Source: Takakia lepidozioides
Taxonomy: Eukaryota > Plantae > Bryophyta
Assembly: GCA_030704615.1 (NCBI GenBank)
Contig: CM060731.1
Coordinates: forward strand, 13,392,001-13,456,000
DNA: 64,000 nucleotides
Direction of reading: 5' to 3'
Numbering within the stretch: the first letter of the stretch is position 1; the number at the start of each line of letters is the position of its first letter. The position numbers and the translations under genes are program-made. Shown here in pieces: positions 1 through 11,403 of the stretch. The notes under the pieces are model-generated. The model searched no databases and was not told the origin of the DNA. It was given only the letters and a program-made list of their open reading frames with translations.

Positions 1-1285
1 GTGGCATTTTCTTGATTTCCATCCTATTGCCCTAGATTTTGGCAGGTCATTGGGGGGTAGGAAAATAAAGTCCGGTCAAAATTTTAAAATTCTTTGAATT
101 CCAAAACTTATAGGAATTTTCGAATTTTCCACCCAAGGGTTACTCACTTTGGGAAAATCCAACTTACCAACTTGGCCCTTAAACGCCCACCACGTCCATT
201 TCGGGCTTTGGGTTTAGAAAATTCTGAATAACTTTTTACATTCTCCATGGAATTGTGTGAAAAAAAAATATAGTGTTCTTGGGCACATGGCACACCAAGA
301 TTCATTGCCTGATTGCCTTGGATCTGCCAGGTTGCAAAGAGGTCTCATCAGGCAAGGAGGGGGTCACGAATTGATAAAGGTAATTCCCGTTGTTATTCAC
401 ACGAGTGTGAGTGGGGGAGAGAAACATGGGATTTTCCCAGGTTTGACCAAGTGGCAACATCACATGCATTGGCCAAATTGGATACTTTTTGGCTTGTTGG
501 ATGAGGGATCTCAAGGGGATGAAACCATGCTAATTTCGCCTCAATCCCATTTGATCCCGTCACTCAAATCTTTAAGCAATTACCAAAAATGGATATGTTT
601 CTCAAAAGTGCCCAATAATGGGGCCCACATTCAACGGTGGTATTTTGTGGATCTGGGGCTGATTGGCCTCAAATTTGGCAGGTGGATGCAGGAGGAAGGT
701 GCGTAATGTGCGGTCAAGTTCTTTAAAAAGTTAATTTTCTGAAAGTTACACCAATTTTTCACTTAAGGGGTCATGTTTTTTGAAAAAGTCAAACTACGGC
801 ACCGGGCGTTTAATGGTTAAGGGCAATGTCCGGGAAATAATTTCAGTTGAACCAGCCAGTAGCCGCTCATTCCCAGCAGCAATCGGCTAAGTGGGTTGGG
901 CAGTCGGTTGCTACCCCTTAGTGGTAACTATACCCGGTCAATTTCTGAGAATTTGTTTTTACAACCGGTAATATTCCTAATGATTTATTTTGTGTTAAGC
1001 TATAAATCCGGCCCTTATAAATATCAACCTGTTGTCAACACAAGTGTCAAATGCACAACAATAAGTAAATAATAATAATAATAAATAATCACAACCAGTT
1101 TTAAGCAATTCAAACAAGTGAAGAACATTGTATCCTTATAGAAGTTGGACCTGTCAATGCCCTCAAACCACATGGAGGCCAAGAATTGAACCCGTGTGGA
1201 CAGGTGAGCTGTGATAGCAGGCAGGGAGTGCAGGCAGGGAGTGCAAGCAGGCGTGGGGCTGAGGCTGCGAGAGCAACGTCCAGAC

Positions 1286-2373
1286 CAGTGTTGTGCGGGT
1301 ATCCGCTTAGGCGGGTTGAAACCGGCGGTTCCGGTTCCGGTTCCTTGGAACCGGTACCGGACACTGGAACCGGAACCCGGCGCCCAGGAACAGGAACCGG
1401 AACCGGGGAGCAAGGACGAGCCGGTTCCAGAACCGGACCCAGCGGGTATGGGTTTTTCCAGGAACCGGCAGGAACTGGAACCGGGGGTCAGTGGCGGTTC
1501 CGGATCCGGTTCCCGCACTAGGGTTTTGTTTTTTTTGTTTTTTTTTCCCCTGATCTGTCGTCTCTCACCTCCAATCTGCGCGATCTGCTGCAGTAGCGCG
1601 ACTTCAGTAGGGAGCAGCGCATAGCAGCACGGGGAGGAAGGAGCAACGCGCCTCAGAGCGGGGGAGAGGGATCAGCGCGTGGGGCAGCGCCTCGGCGCGT
1701 GAGGGAGGGAGCAGCGTTTTTTTTTTTTTTGGGTTGGTTTTCCTGGTTCTGTAGTCTCGCACCTCCCACCTGCACGATGTGCTGCAGCAGCGCGAGCATC
1801 AGCACGGGGAGGGAGCAGCGCAGGGAGGTAGCATCGTAGGTAGCAGTAGTTTTGTTTTTTCTTCCTTCCACGTTGTATCGTCTCTCACGTCTGTTTTTGA
1901 ATAGTGAGGAAGTTCACTTAGATGACAACAAGGAGTTGATTGCAGAGGCCGAGTTGTTTGAGATAAAATGATTTCTTTGTGTACTCTACACATTAATTTA
2001 TACTCGCTTACATTGCATTATTATTATTTCATAAATTTGTATATGAATTTTGTGTTGTTTCTTTTCAACATGGTCAAAAGATTTGATATAACTAATGGGG
2101 ATTCACAAATCATTTTCAGATTTATAAAAAACGATCAAAATTTTAATATATATTTTTAAATTCAAACCGGAACCGGAAACTGGAACCGGCGGTTCCTTCC
2201 CAAGAAATACCCGGAACCGGAACCAGAATCTGCTCATGAATTTTGGAACCGGAACCGGCACCGGAACCACTTCATAAAAAAGAACCGGATCCGGAACCGG
2301 AACCGTCTCTTTAAATATACCAAGGAACCGGAACCGGAGGTTCCTTCAATATGGCAAGAACCGCACAACACTG
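1286..2373. mobile_element. Non-autonomous hAT-type DNA transposon (MITE)
   Basis: 13-bp TIRs CAGTGTTGTGCGG...CCGCACAACACTG; exact 8-bp TSD GTCCAGAC at 1278-1285 and 2374-2381; dense GGAACC subterminal hexamers at both ends; no transposase. Confidence 0.93.
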
Positions 2374-2877
2374 GTCCAGACTTAGTTGGGTTTGCCCGCA
2401 GCCCCGGCCTCTTGAGTTCACCTAAACGCCCTTCCTCGGATGTAACCCGGCCTGGCACGTTCGATTTTTGCCATGTGGCGGACTTCGATGGCCATTTCCG
2501 TTTTTTGTAATATAAAAAAGGCCGGAATCCGTCCAGGCCTTGCCAACTAAGGCAGATTTCCTGTCTGTAATGAAATGGAAAGGCAAATATCCTTCCTAAA
2601 AGTAGGGCACCCGGTTGATTTCCACTTCGGCCATTTTTTCCCTAGGTTCCATTTCCTGAAGTTTCATATTTTATTTGGAAATTCTGGAATTCAGTCGGCT
2701 AGCATGTAACTGGCTGCCGGTTCTCCCCGTTGGTTGGTTAAGGGTAAAGGCGGAGGCCTGAAGTATGGTGGAGAGAGGTGTGAGGGGTGGGGTTGCCCAA
2801 ACCGCATAGCTAGGGCGTAACGCTAATTCATGAATTGGTTCCTTATCGCAGAATTCTTTTCTGTGCTGCCGGCGGGA

Positions 2878-3268
2878 GAGTGGACCCCGCGACAAGCACC
2901 CCAACCTCCACGGACTGTGCAGAGTGGACCCGGTGGATAGGCACCCCAGCCTCCACAGACTATTCAGAGTGGACGGTCAAGCAGACTGTTGGGGTGGACC
3001 CAGTGGGTAGTCGTCAAGCGGAGTGTGCACCATAGATGGTCGAGCGGACTGCGACCCGATGGATGGCGAACTGCCCCGTGGACCCCATGGATAATGACCC
3101 CATGGATGGCGGACTGCCTCATGGGACCCGTGGATAATGACCCCATGGATGGCGGACTGCCCAGTGGACCCGGTGGATGTGGACCCGATGGATGGCGGAC
3201 TGCCCCCTGGACCCGGTGGATGGGGACCCGATGGATGGCGGACAGCCCCTGGACCCGGTGGATGGGCA
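2878..3268. repeat. Degenerate minisatellite of GGACCC / GATGGATGGCGGACTGCCC modules
   Basis: Repeated ggacccggtggat and ggacccgatggatggcggactgcccc units; the overlapping ORFs are repeat artefacts. Confidence 0.85.
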
Positions 3269-3810
3269 CCTAGGCATGCCATGGGCTGTATTAACCCTTA
3301 ATCGACGAGCAGTTTTTTGGTGGGCCACCCCAAAAAACGGATATACCTTCACGGATGAGAACATATCTCCTTGGCCCCAAACATCCAGGGGAATGAACCT
3401 TACAATTTTCATCCTACCTACTGCATCTTCCTTCCAAAGTTTCAGAGTGTTTGAACGTTCCAATTGTTATATTATAACAATTTTGCATTGTTGTTTTTTC
3501 AAAGACCATCATATTTCACCTTGCATTTTCTCCTTTGACCAAGGATTTGCCCAATGTTTTTTATTTTTCTTTGGAAATGCCTTCCACATTCTGAATGGAG
3601 GGCACCTCCAGGACACTCACACCAAATTTCACATCCAAATTCCAAGTTTGGGAAGGGGTCGGTTTGTGTGTGAAAACAAGGGGGGGTAAATTAGGTTGTA
3701 AGTACTCTACAAACAGGAAACACTCGGGAGAAGGGGAATTCCCCAATGGAATTAAAATTCCAACAGTAGAAAGGTGCAGTGCCCGTAAGCCTAAGCCTCT
3801 GAAAATTGCT

Positions 3811-4333
3811 TCTCATTGTTGAATAATTGGGAGTTTAAGGCTCCCATGCACGGTTGTTGGGCGCCCTGGGTGGCCCCACCGCAACCTATGACCCAACCTG
3901 GGTGGGTCAGCCGCGAGACTCAGCCAGGGTGGGTCTACCCGTATGGTCTGCCGCGAGGTAGGGTGACCTTAGGCGGAATTGGGGCTGACTGCGGCTGTTT
4001 TTTAGGTTAAAAGATAAAAAAAAGTAGCAAGCTGCGGGTAGTGCGGTGGTTGGGCGCATTGAGTGATACCTACGAGATTGTGGGTTCAACTCTGGCTGTG
4101 CCAAATGTGCATTAACGATGGTTCTGGCCACGCGACGAGCATACCCTATCCTCGAGAAGACCCGACTTGCCCTGTCAGCAAACAACCTGCCAACAGACCG
4201 GACCCTGGGCGCTCGAGAAGACCCGACTTGCCCTGTCAGCAAACAACCTGCCAACAGACCGGACCCTGGGCGCCCTACATCCGTGCATGGGCCCACTGCC
4301 TGAGCCTAAACTCCCAATTATTCAACAATGAGA
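3811..4333. mobile_element. MITE-like foldback element
   Basis: TCTCATTGTTGAATAATTGGGAGTTTA at 3811 is the reverse complement of the sequence ending at 4333, and similarity extends inward (cccatgcacgg / ccgtgcatggg); no clear TSD. Confidence 0.7.
4151..4272. repeat. Exact 61-bp tandem duplication
   Basis: ctcgagaagacccgacttgcc...ggaccctgggcg at 4151-4211 and 4212-4272. Confidence 0.95.
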
Positions 4334-4900
4334 GGCGTGAAATTTTCACTTGAAAATTCCAAAACCGAAAAAAAAAAAAAAACCCGAAAGAGGAGATTTT
4401 CATTTGGGTGAAATTTCTGGTGAGGTCCAACTCAGGCAATCAGTGGCCGGACCGGCCAATGTTTCCCGGTGGGTTTTCCAGGCCACGCCCCTTTCAACCC
4501 CGCGAGGTGAATGGCTTCCCTGGAAGCGAAAATCGTGGCACCCGGCGTGGGTTTCCAAGAGCCCATAACATTCGCGGGCACCAACTGCCATGAACTGCCC
4601 ATCTGCCTTGCCACATGGCAATGGTGGCGAGCCCTGGGCCTCAAATTCCAACCCCCCCTTCACTTCGAAAAATCCCCGGCGGCGCTGTAGATATCGATTT
4701 CGGCCGTCGTAAAGTTGAGTGTTTAGAGCTCGCTGGCCGCTACGTTATTCGTTCAGGTGCCATTTTCATCCGACTTCATCCCTGTGAGATATTCCAGGGA
4801 TAATAAAGACAGCTGACCTTATTCGGGTCGGCTCGTTGTTTTAGTAAGGGTTAAGGACCTTAATATTAAGAAATAGTTTGCTATAAACTTGATAAGATGT

Positions 4901-4976
4901 ATTGTAAGAGAAGGATGTGGACCAATAGGTGGGGATGAGGCTAGTGAGAGATTTTGTACCAATAATATGTCCAGAC
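4901..4976. repeat. Dispersed repeat, inverted copy at 42807-42882
   Basis: 76-bp match with 2 mismatches by eye. Confidence 0.9.
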
Positions 4977-7900
4977 ATAAACATGTTAGGCGTTGACATG
5001 GCTTGGATGAACATGTACATGACACAAGTCATTGTGGGGTCCTCAACCTAGATAGGTACCAGCATTAGTGAGGTCAATCGTTAAGGGCCTAGTGGCCTTT
5101 GTTGACTTAGGAGAAAAACCAACTCAGTGAGACAGTGAAAAACAGACATAATTTTGCGAAACTACTGAGGATATATTATGTAATTTGCTACCTCTTGTAT
5201 ACAGTGGCCAAATTTCAAGAGATTGAAATTCAAAGAAAATGCCACCGTTCAATGTGGGGACGAATTTTTGGGCTGTTACAAAAGTAGAGTGATTTTCTCT
5301 TGGGGGATGACATTCATTTATTCTAAAACCCCTACCCTTCCATCTACTTGATATCTTACATCCAATGAACTAAGCAGCACCTCATTTTGCCCAAAAATGA
5401 GATGTTGGCACTTGGTCAAAGCGGGGGTCACTTTTGAGTTTACAAGCAGCTTGTGAAGCCAGAGTTTTTCAATCTGCTTTGCATTGAGCATCAACTCTCC
5501 TCTCCCTCCTCCATGTGCATCCATACCCACCTAAGCGCCTCCTAATATGATTGCATGAGTGGGATTTGAACCCAATATTCTGCCCCACTTGGCAGCTCAT
5601 ACATGAACACAAGGGGGAACTGTATGGCCCCCCAAGTGTGCACCCCCGCTTGGGAAGGGGACTAACACCTATGACCTCTGACAAAATTCCCTATAGCAAT
5701 CTACCTATAGGAGGAACTAAATCTGCTCTGCACAAAAGCTCAGCTAATTTCTAAGCTGAATGTTAAAGCTGCAGCTTGAAGTCTGAATCAGGTTGCTCTA
5801 CACCAGAATCTATCTGCATTAACAGACCGGCCCATTACAACCTGCACCACAACATCATCATCCCCTCATCATCCTCACAATGCCTCCTGTTGCACCATAC
5901 CAGAGCCCATATTTGCAACATATGCCAACAACTCAATACAGAACACGCCTGAACTACCCAATTTGACAAACTGAATATACTATCCTGCACAACGCTCCCA
6001 AGCGACACAGCTCTCATATATCCTCTTCACACATAACCCAATCATAGAACCACCTACACTTAACGTAAGCAAATGTCGATGGTACTCATTATTAGACAGT
6101 CTACCACATAAAAAAGTTTTTGGAACATCTGATTATGCACTCTAGAAATATTCTCAGTGTTCCCTCAAGCTCAGATTTCATTATCTGCTCCAGCCTGATA
6201 AATAAGCAACTAATGCATAGAGAGCTATGTATCTGCTGATCTACAGGAATCTCACAGTCACCTCAAGCACATGATATACTGATGCATGGATTATGTTTCC
6301 TCATGCTAACTTGGCCTCCTAACATCTAAGCCTTCCAGGGGCCTATGTACTTACTACTATTACTGTACTCTGCATTGATCACACTTTGTAGCCCATGGCC
6401 ACAATTCCTGTAATACGTAGAGGATAGCCCATGCGACCTAGATTTTCTGTAGTGGACAGGCAGGAAATCCCACCTAAGAGATTTCATTAGTGACTCAAAC
6501 CCTATATACCTATGTTGTGGCTTCATCTTGGCCTAGTCGCACAAGGAATACATACATAATTTATGGAGCTGCAATGCAAGCCTATGTAGGACATCATTGA
6601 CTTAACAATATGCCGAACTCTGCTCCATTAAGCACTCCCCTTAAGGCCTTCCTGGCCAGAAGCCAACACTAGATATGGACAAACACTATCAATTCATGGT
6701 TGAGTTCGTGTTTTCATGTACTCGACATATCCATATATATGGCCCTTGCATTTGCTCTTTGCAGTGCTAAGGGTCCATGCAGGGGGACTGTTCACCTTCA
6801 CAGTCTGTCCTGATCAGCAATCTCTATGAGCAATCTAGCTGGTCCTAGTCTGCGTGATGATAGAACTAGAGCCATATAAGCTTTGGAGATACATAAATTT
6901 TATGCGCAACTACACAGATACAAACATGGCTATTGGAGATATCATGAGTTCCTGTGAGTCCTCTCTTCATTTACTCCATGTGGGTTTGAATATCCAATGT
7001 CACTTGAGCTCTAGAATCCAGTAAATTTCAGGTCGAGAAATGCTTCAATCAACTCTCTACCTCTCCAAGCATCTTCGGCAGCATCTGGGCAGCATGGAGT
7101 TCAGACCTTAGACTTACCACTATTGACAAATGTGTCCATGTGTACTCAATATACCAGCTCTCCAACACACCTCTACGGCATATATTGCAACCTTGGAAAA
7201 TCAGTTACAAATAGAGAGCAATGCCGCCAACTAACCTCCCATGTCCCAAGCAGTGAGATTCCAAGAGGTGGATTAAAAAGTTCTGTCTGTAAACCACCAA
7301 TTCAAGGTCAACGTGCTACCCTATTCACATGTTGGATGGTCAGTATATACTTGCGTGTGTGTTTTGGGGATTCACATCCAATGGAAACGCCCTCTTTATC
7401 TATGGAATCACCACACTGTCATCGCAAAGTTGTCTGGACAGAGCTATGTACAGGTTAAAGTGTCACAGGTTGAAGTGCTCAAGGCATTGCAAAATGCAAC
7501 CAAAAAGTGTTGACTGCGGTAGTCATGAATTGGGAGAGATTTCATCTAAAGAACACATTAGCTTAAAATTGAAGAAACGTAAGCTCTATATGTATCAATG
7601 TTCAACAACGTTCCAGGTGCTGGACCAAGAGGGTTGGGCAAACTTAGTTATCAGCAGAGTCACACTACATGAATACAGCGATTGCATGGAAAACAGAGTA
7701 TAGGGAGGATTTTAGGGTCAGAGAGAAGAAAAGAAAATGTCAGACCAGTAAATTTGAACGAAATTCCACGGAACGAAATTCCAACGGACGAATTCCAACC
7801 GACGAAATGCCAGCGGAATACTCCAGATAAGGCCGCCAGTCACGTTGGGTCTGACAAGGCCTCACTTGCAGATCTAGGTCTCGACCAGGGGAGTTTCCAT

Positions 7901-8050
7901 TCAAAAGGATGTGAGGGAGGATCAGAGAGAGTTTTCAACATCTCATTGCATCAACCTGAGGCTTTGGTTCTGATAGAGGAGAGTTTGGCCTTTGCGGGAG
8001 GAGGGCTGGAGGTCAGGGATCTGATCGAGGAGAGTTCTGAGGAAGGAGAG

Positions 8051-10669
8051 ATGGGGACGAACAAGATGAAGATAATTGACCTGGAGGAGGGATGGAACTT
8101 CATTTACGAGAAGGGCATCGCCAAGTTGAGGGAAAATCTGGAGGGTGTGCAGCCTGAGAAACAGTTAGACTCCAAGGAGTATCGTGATGATCTGTACACA
8201 ATAGTGTACACATGTGGCATCCCGGACTTGAGGAAAAATGTAGAGGGTGTGCAGGAGAAACAGTTCAATGCGGAGGAGTATATGGATCTGTACACAGTAG
8301 TGTACAACATGTGCAGTCAGGAACCCAACTACTCACAACAGCTGTATGATAGATATAGACAGTCATTTGATGAGTACCTGACTACGGTCGTTTTACCCCT
8401 AGTGAGAGGAAAGCATGGTGAGTGTATGCTGAGAGAGCTTGTTTCTAGTTGGAAAAATCACAAAATCATGATCAGGTACATGTCACGGTTTCTTCAATAT
8501 CTGCATCAGCGCTTCATCAGCAGTAACTTGCTTCCCGGCCTCGTTGAAGTGGGCCTGCTTTCTTTTCGTGACCTGGTTTACGGAAATATCAAATACCAGG
8601 TGAAAGACGTGGTCATCTCCTTGATTGAGCAGGAGGGTGAGCAAATCGATCGTTTGCTGAAGAATGTGCTCGACATGGTTGTGGAGATTGATGTGGGTAA
8701 CGTAGATGTATACAAGGCCCATATTGAAGCTCACATGCTCCAAGACACTGTTGCTTGCTACTACTCTTGCAAGGCAGCGTCTTGGTTGCAAACGGATCAG
8801 TGTGCGCAGTACATACTGAAGGTGGAGAATTGCTTAAGAAGAGAGGAGGAAAGAGCTGGCTTTTACATTCAAGCTAGCAATCAGAAAAAGTATATGAAGA
8901 AAGTTGAGCATGAGCTCCTTTTACAATATCAAACTCAGCTGCTGGAGTGGTGCCCTGCTTTACTAACAGATGACAAAGTGGATGACCTTTCACGTATGTA
9001 TAGATTGTTCAGCAGGATTCCCAAGGGCTTCTCAACTATCTCTGGCGTCTTCTTTAAGCATGTTGCAGATGCAGGAGCTACATTGGTACAGGAACAGCAA
9101 GCTAAGGATGCAGATGCAGCCTCTGCATATTTGGTCCACCAAGATGTTGACCAAGTCGAGGATGCAGTATTGGACAAGCAGACTTGTAAGGGTGCACATA
9201 TTGCAGCCTCTGCATACTTGGTCCAGCAAGATGATAACCAAGCTGAGGACGCAATATTGGTGACCAAGCAGGCTAAGGGTGCACCCTCAAATGCAGGAAA
9301 GGTATATTTGGTCGAGAAGGATGCAGTTTCAGCTAACCTGGTTGATGCAAGAGCTGCATTGGTCAAGAAAACCAAGGTAGCGGAGAAAACAAAAACCATC
9401 ATGAGGGAAACTGTACAACAGCATGCATTGGTTGTACGCACAATGGAGCTCGTGAGCCAGCTCCACGATAGATATTCTCATTACGTTGGCAAATGTTTTG
9501 CCAACCATCCCCTATTCCAGAGGGCATGGAGGGAAGCCCTTGAGCTGTTTTGCAACAAGCTGAATGTGGCCAGGTGCACCACAGAAGAGCTGTTGGCCAC
9601 GTTCTACGACAGCCTAATGACTAACGGTGGAATTGAAAAGCTGAGTGATGGAGCAGTTGAAGAGACCATTCAAAAGGTGATAAAACTTCTTCTGTACAGC
9701 AATATTGACATGGACCACTTTGCAGAATTATGCAGGAAGAAATTGGCTCGCAGACTCTTGACCAATGTAACCGCTAATGTCAGTCATGACCGCAGATTTC
9801 TGAGGAAACTGAGGCAACAATGGGGTGAACAATATACCTCCAAAATGAAGGGCATGATCACAGACCTCACAGTACTGGCAGAGGAGAACCACAGCCTGTT
9901 CGAGGATTATGTAGCCCACAATGTAACTACCTCAAACAGGACCTCGAAAATTGATTTTTCAGTGAAAGTTCTCACCTCCTGGTTCTGGCCGAAGTACATT
10001 TCTTCGGACCTTGCTTTGCCTCCAGAGATGCTTGAATGTGTTCAGGTGTTCAATGAGTTCCACGAGACAACAAAAAAGCGTCGGAAGTTGAGGTGGATAT
10101 ATTCTTTGGGTTCATGCATTATAAGCGCAACGTTTGATGCCAAGCCCATTGAGCTCATTGTCTCCACCTATCAGGCTGTAATTCTTCTGCTGTTCAACGT
10201 ATCAGACAGGTTGAGCTACTCTGAGATTAAGAGGCAAGTGAATCTAGCAAATGGTGAGACCCTCAGATTGCTTCATTCTTTGTCACGTGCCAACTACAAG
10301 ATTCTGAAGAAAACCCCTGGTACAGAACCTGTGGGAGAGACAGACTGGTTTGAATTCAATGCCAATTTCACTCACGAGATGAGTCGGGTCAAGATTCCCT
10401 TGCCACCCTTAGATGAGAAGAAGACAGCCATACAGGATGTGTACAAGGATAGGCGCTACGCCATTGATGCAGCAATTATGCGTGTCATGAAGAGTCGGAA
10501 AGTTTTGTCACATCCACAACTCGTTCAACAGTGTATGGAAAAATTTGTGGGCATGCTCTCCAAGCCTGATCTTGACATGGTGATAAAGCAGCGAGTCGAC
10601 AACTTGATCGGGCGAGAGTACTTGGAGCAGGACCAGAATGATCCGAACATCCTTAAATATATAGCTTGA
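8051..10669 (+). CDS. CUL1-like: Cullin-1-like protein, intronless (probable retrogene), divergent
   Basis: N-terminus MGTNKMKIIDLEEGW matches the plant CUL1 start (so ATG 8051, not the TTG at 7682); NYSQQLYDRY, DDKVDDLSRMYRLF, cullin homology region (KMKGMITDL, RKLRWIYSLG), neddylation motif IDAAIMRVMKSRK (Lys codon 10490-10492) and C-terminal LIGREYLEQD..PNILKYIA; one uninterrupted ORF. Confidence 0.93.
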   Translation: MGTNKMKIIDLEEGWNFIYEKGIAKLRENLEGVQPEKQLDSKEYRDDLYTIVYTCGIPDLRKNVEGVQEKQFNAEEYMDLYTVVYNMCSQEPNYSQQLYDRYRQSFDEYLTTVVLPLVRGKHGECMLRELVSSWKNHKIMIRYMSRFLQYLHQRFISSNLLPGLVEVGLLSFRDLVYGNIKYQVKDVVISLIEQEGEQIDRLLKNVLDMVVEIDVGNVDVYKAHIEAHMLQDTVACYYSCKAASWLQTDQCAQYILKVENCLRREEERAGFYIQASNQKKYMKKVEHELLLQYQTQLLEWCPALLTDDKVDDLSRMYRLFSRIPKGFSTISGVFFKHVADAGATLVQEQQAKDADAASAYLVHQDVDQVEDAVLDKQTCKGAHIAASAYLVQQDDNQAEDAILVTKQAKGAPSNAGKVYLVEKDAVSANLVDARAALVKKTKVAEKTKTIMRETVQQHALVVRTMELVSQLHDRYSHYVGKCFANHPLFQRAWREALELFCNKLNVARCTTEELLATFYDSLMTNGGIEKLSDGAVEETIQKVIKLLLYSNIDMDHFAELCRKKLARRLLTNVTANVSHDRRFLRKLRQQWGEQYTSKMKGMITDLTVLAEENHSLFEDYVAHNVTTSNRTSKIDFSVKVLTSWFWPKYISSDLALPPEMLECVQVFNEFHETTKKRRKLRWIYSLGSCIISATFDAKPIELIVSTYQAVILLLFNVSDRLSYSEIKRQVNLANGETLRLLHSLSRANYKILKKTPGTEPVGETDWFEFNANFTHEMSRVKIPLPPLDEKKTAIQDVYKDRRYAIDAAIMRVMKSRKVLSHPQLVQQCMEKFVGMLSKPDLDMVIKQRVDNLIGREYLEQDQNDPNILKYIA

Positions 10670-10949
10670 GGGTTACATATTTTGCTCACTTCAGGTGTGA
10701 CAGTATTTATAGGTTTGTGAGCACTTCCTGTAATCAGGTGCGAATGTTGAACTTCTTTGTACATCTTTCTACTGTGCTATCTGCATCCTCACAAAGATCC
10801 GAACCCTCTAAAATATGTAGCGTAAAGGCTACATGTATAATATTCTGTACACTACTGATTGGGTACAAAATTTGAGCACTTCCTAAAATCAGGTGTGGAT
10901 CTGGTGAACATTTTTGTGAGGGTTCTTACCACCACGGTCTGCAGCCATA

Positions 10950-11403
10950 CTTATCTTGCATGCCTCACCAACTGTGCAGTTTATGCAACTCCATCATATC
11001 TGCTTAAGGAAAATGCATGAGATCCATAGGTTCCTTGAAGCTGCTACCTTGGGAATCCTGCTGAAGTGGCAGTATACTTGAGAGGTCATCGGCCATGCAC
11101 CTTATAATGACTCTTTAAAGCATGGCAGTGCTAGTGAACCCTAGAGGTGCAGGGTGCTCTTTTTCTAGCGCTATGAACTGAACATTGTGACAGAACATTT
11201 TTCACTGTTAGCTTGAAGGTATGGCCAATCCTTTCCTTCTCTCTTTTCAGGCCCTCGCCCTGCAGCATGTAGAGTGCACAAGAATCCTATTGAATCCAAG
11301 ATGCTGCCTAGCGAGAGTAGTAAGCAGCACTATCTTCCAGGAGAGTGTAAGCTTCAAGTCCGTTCTGTTATGCATCCATGTCTCCCACATCCATCTCCTC
11401 AAA
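10950..11403 (-). pseudogene. Decayed intronless cullin-1 fragment, tail-to-tail with the intact gene
   Basis: Minus strand reads FEEMDVGDMDA*..LLEDSAAYYSR*AASWIQ*DSCALYML..LKREKERIG, then LEKEH, CHAL, DDLS..FSRIPK with stops and frameshifts; homologous to about 8680-9060. Left boundary approximate. Confidence 0.8.

Larger units (their letters stand above)
3295..4850. mobile_element. Possible non-autonomous TTAA-specific (piggyBac-like) element
   Basis: TTAA|CCCTTAATCGACGAGC at 3291 and GCTCGTTGTTTTAGTAAGGG|TTAA at 4854; TIR is short and imperfect. Confidence 0.35.

Noticed and set aside
4034-4103. tRNA gene (also considered at 42480-42557 and 44350-44420)
   Set aside because: Only box A/B-like motifs; no convincing cloverleaf, so at most SINE-derived.
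7682-8050. 123-aa N-terminal extension of the cullin in the ORF track
   Set aside because: It starts at TTG, includes a short tandem repeat (7757-7810), and CUL1 similarity begins at ATG 8051.
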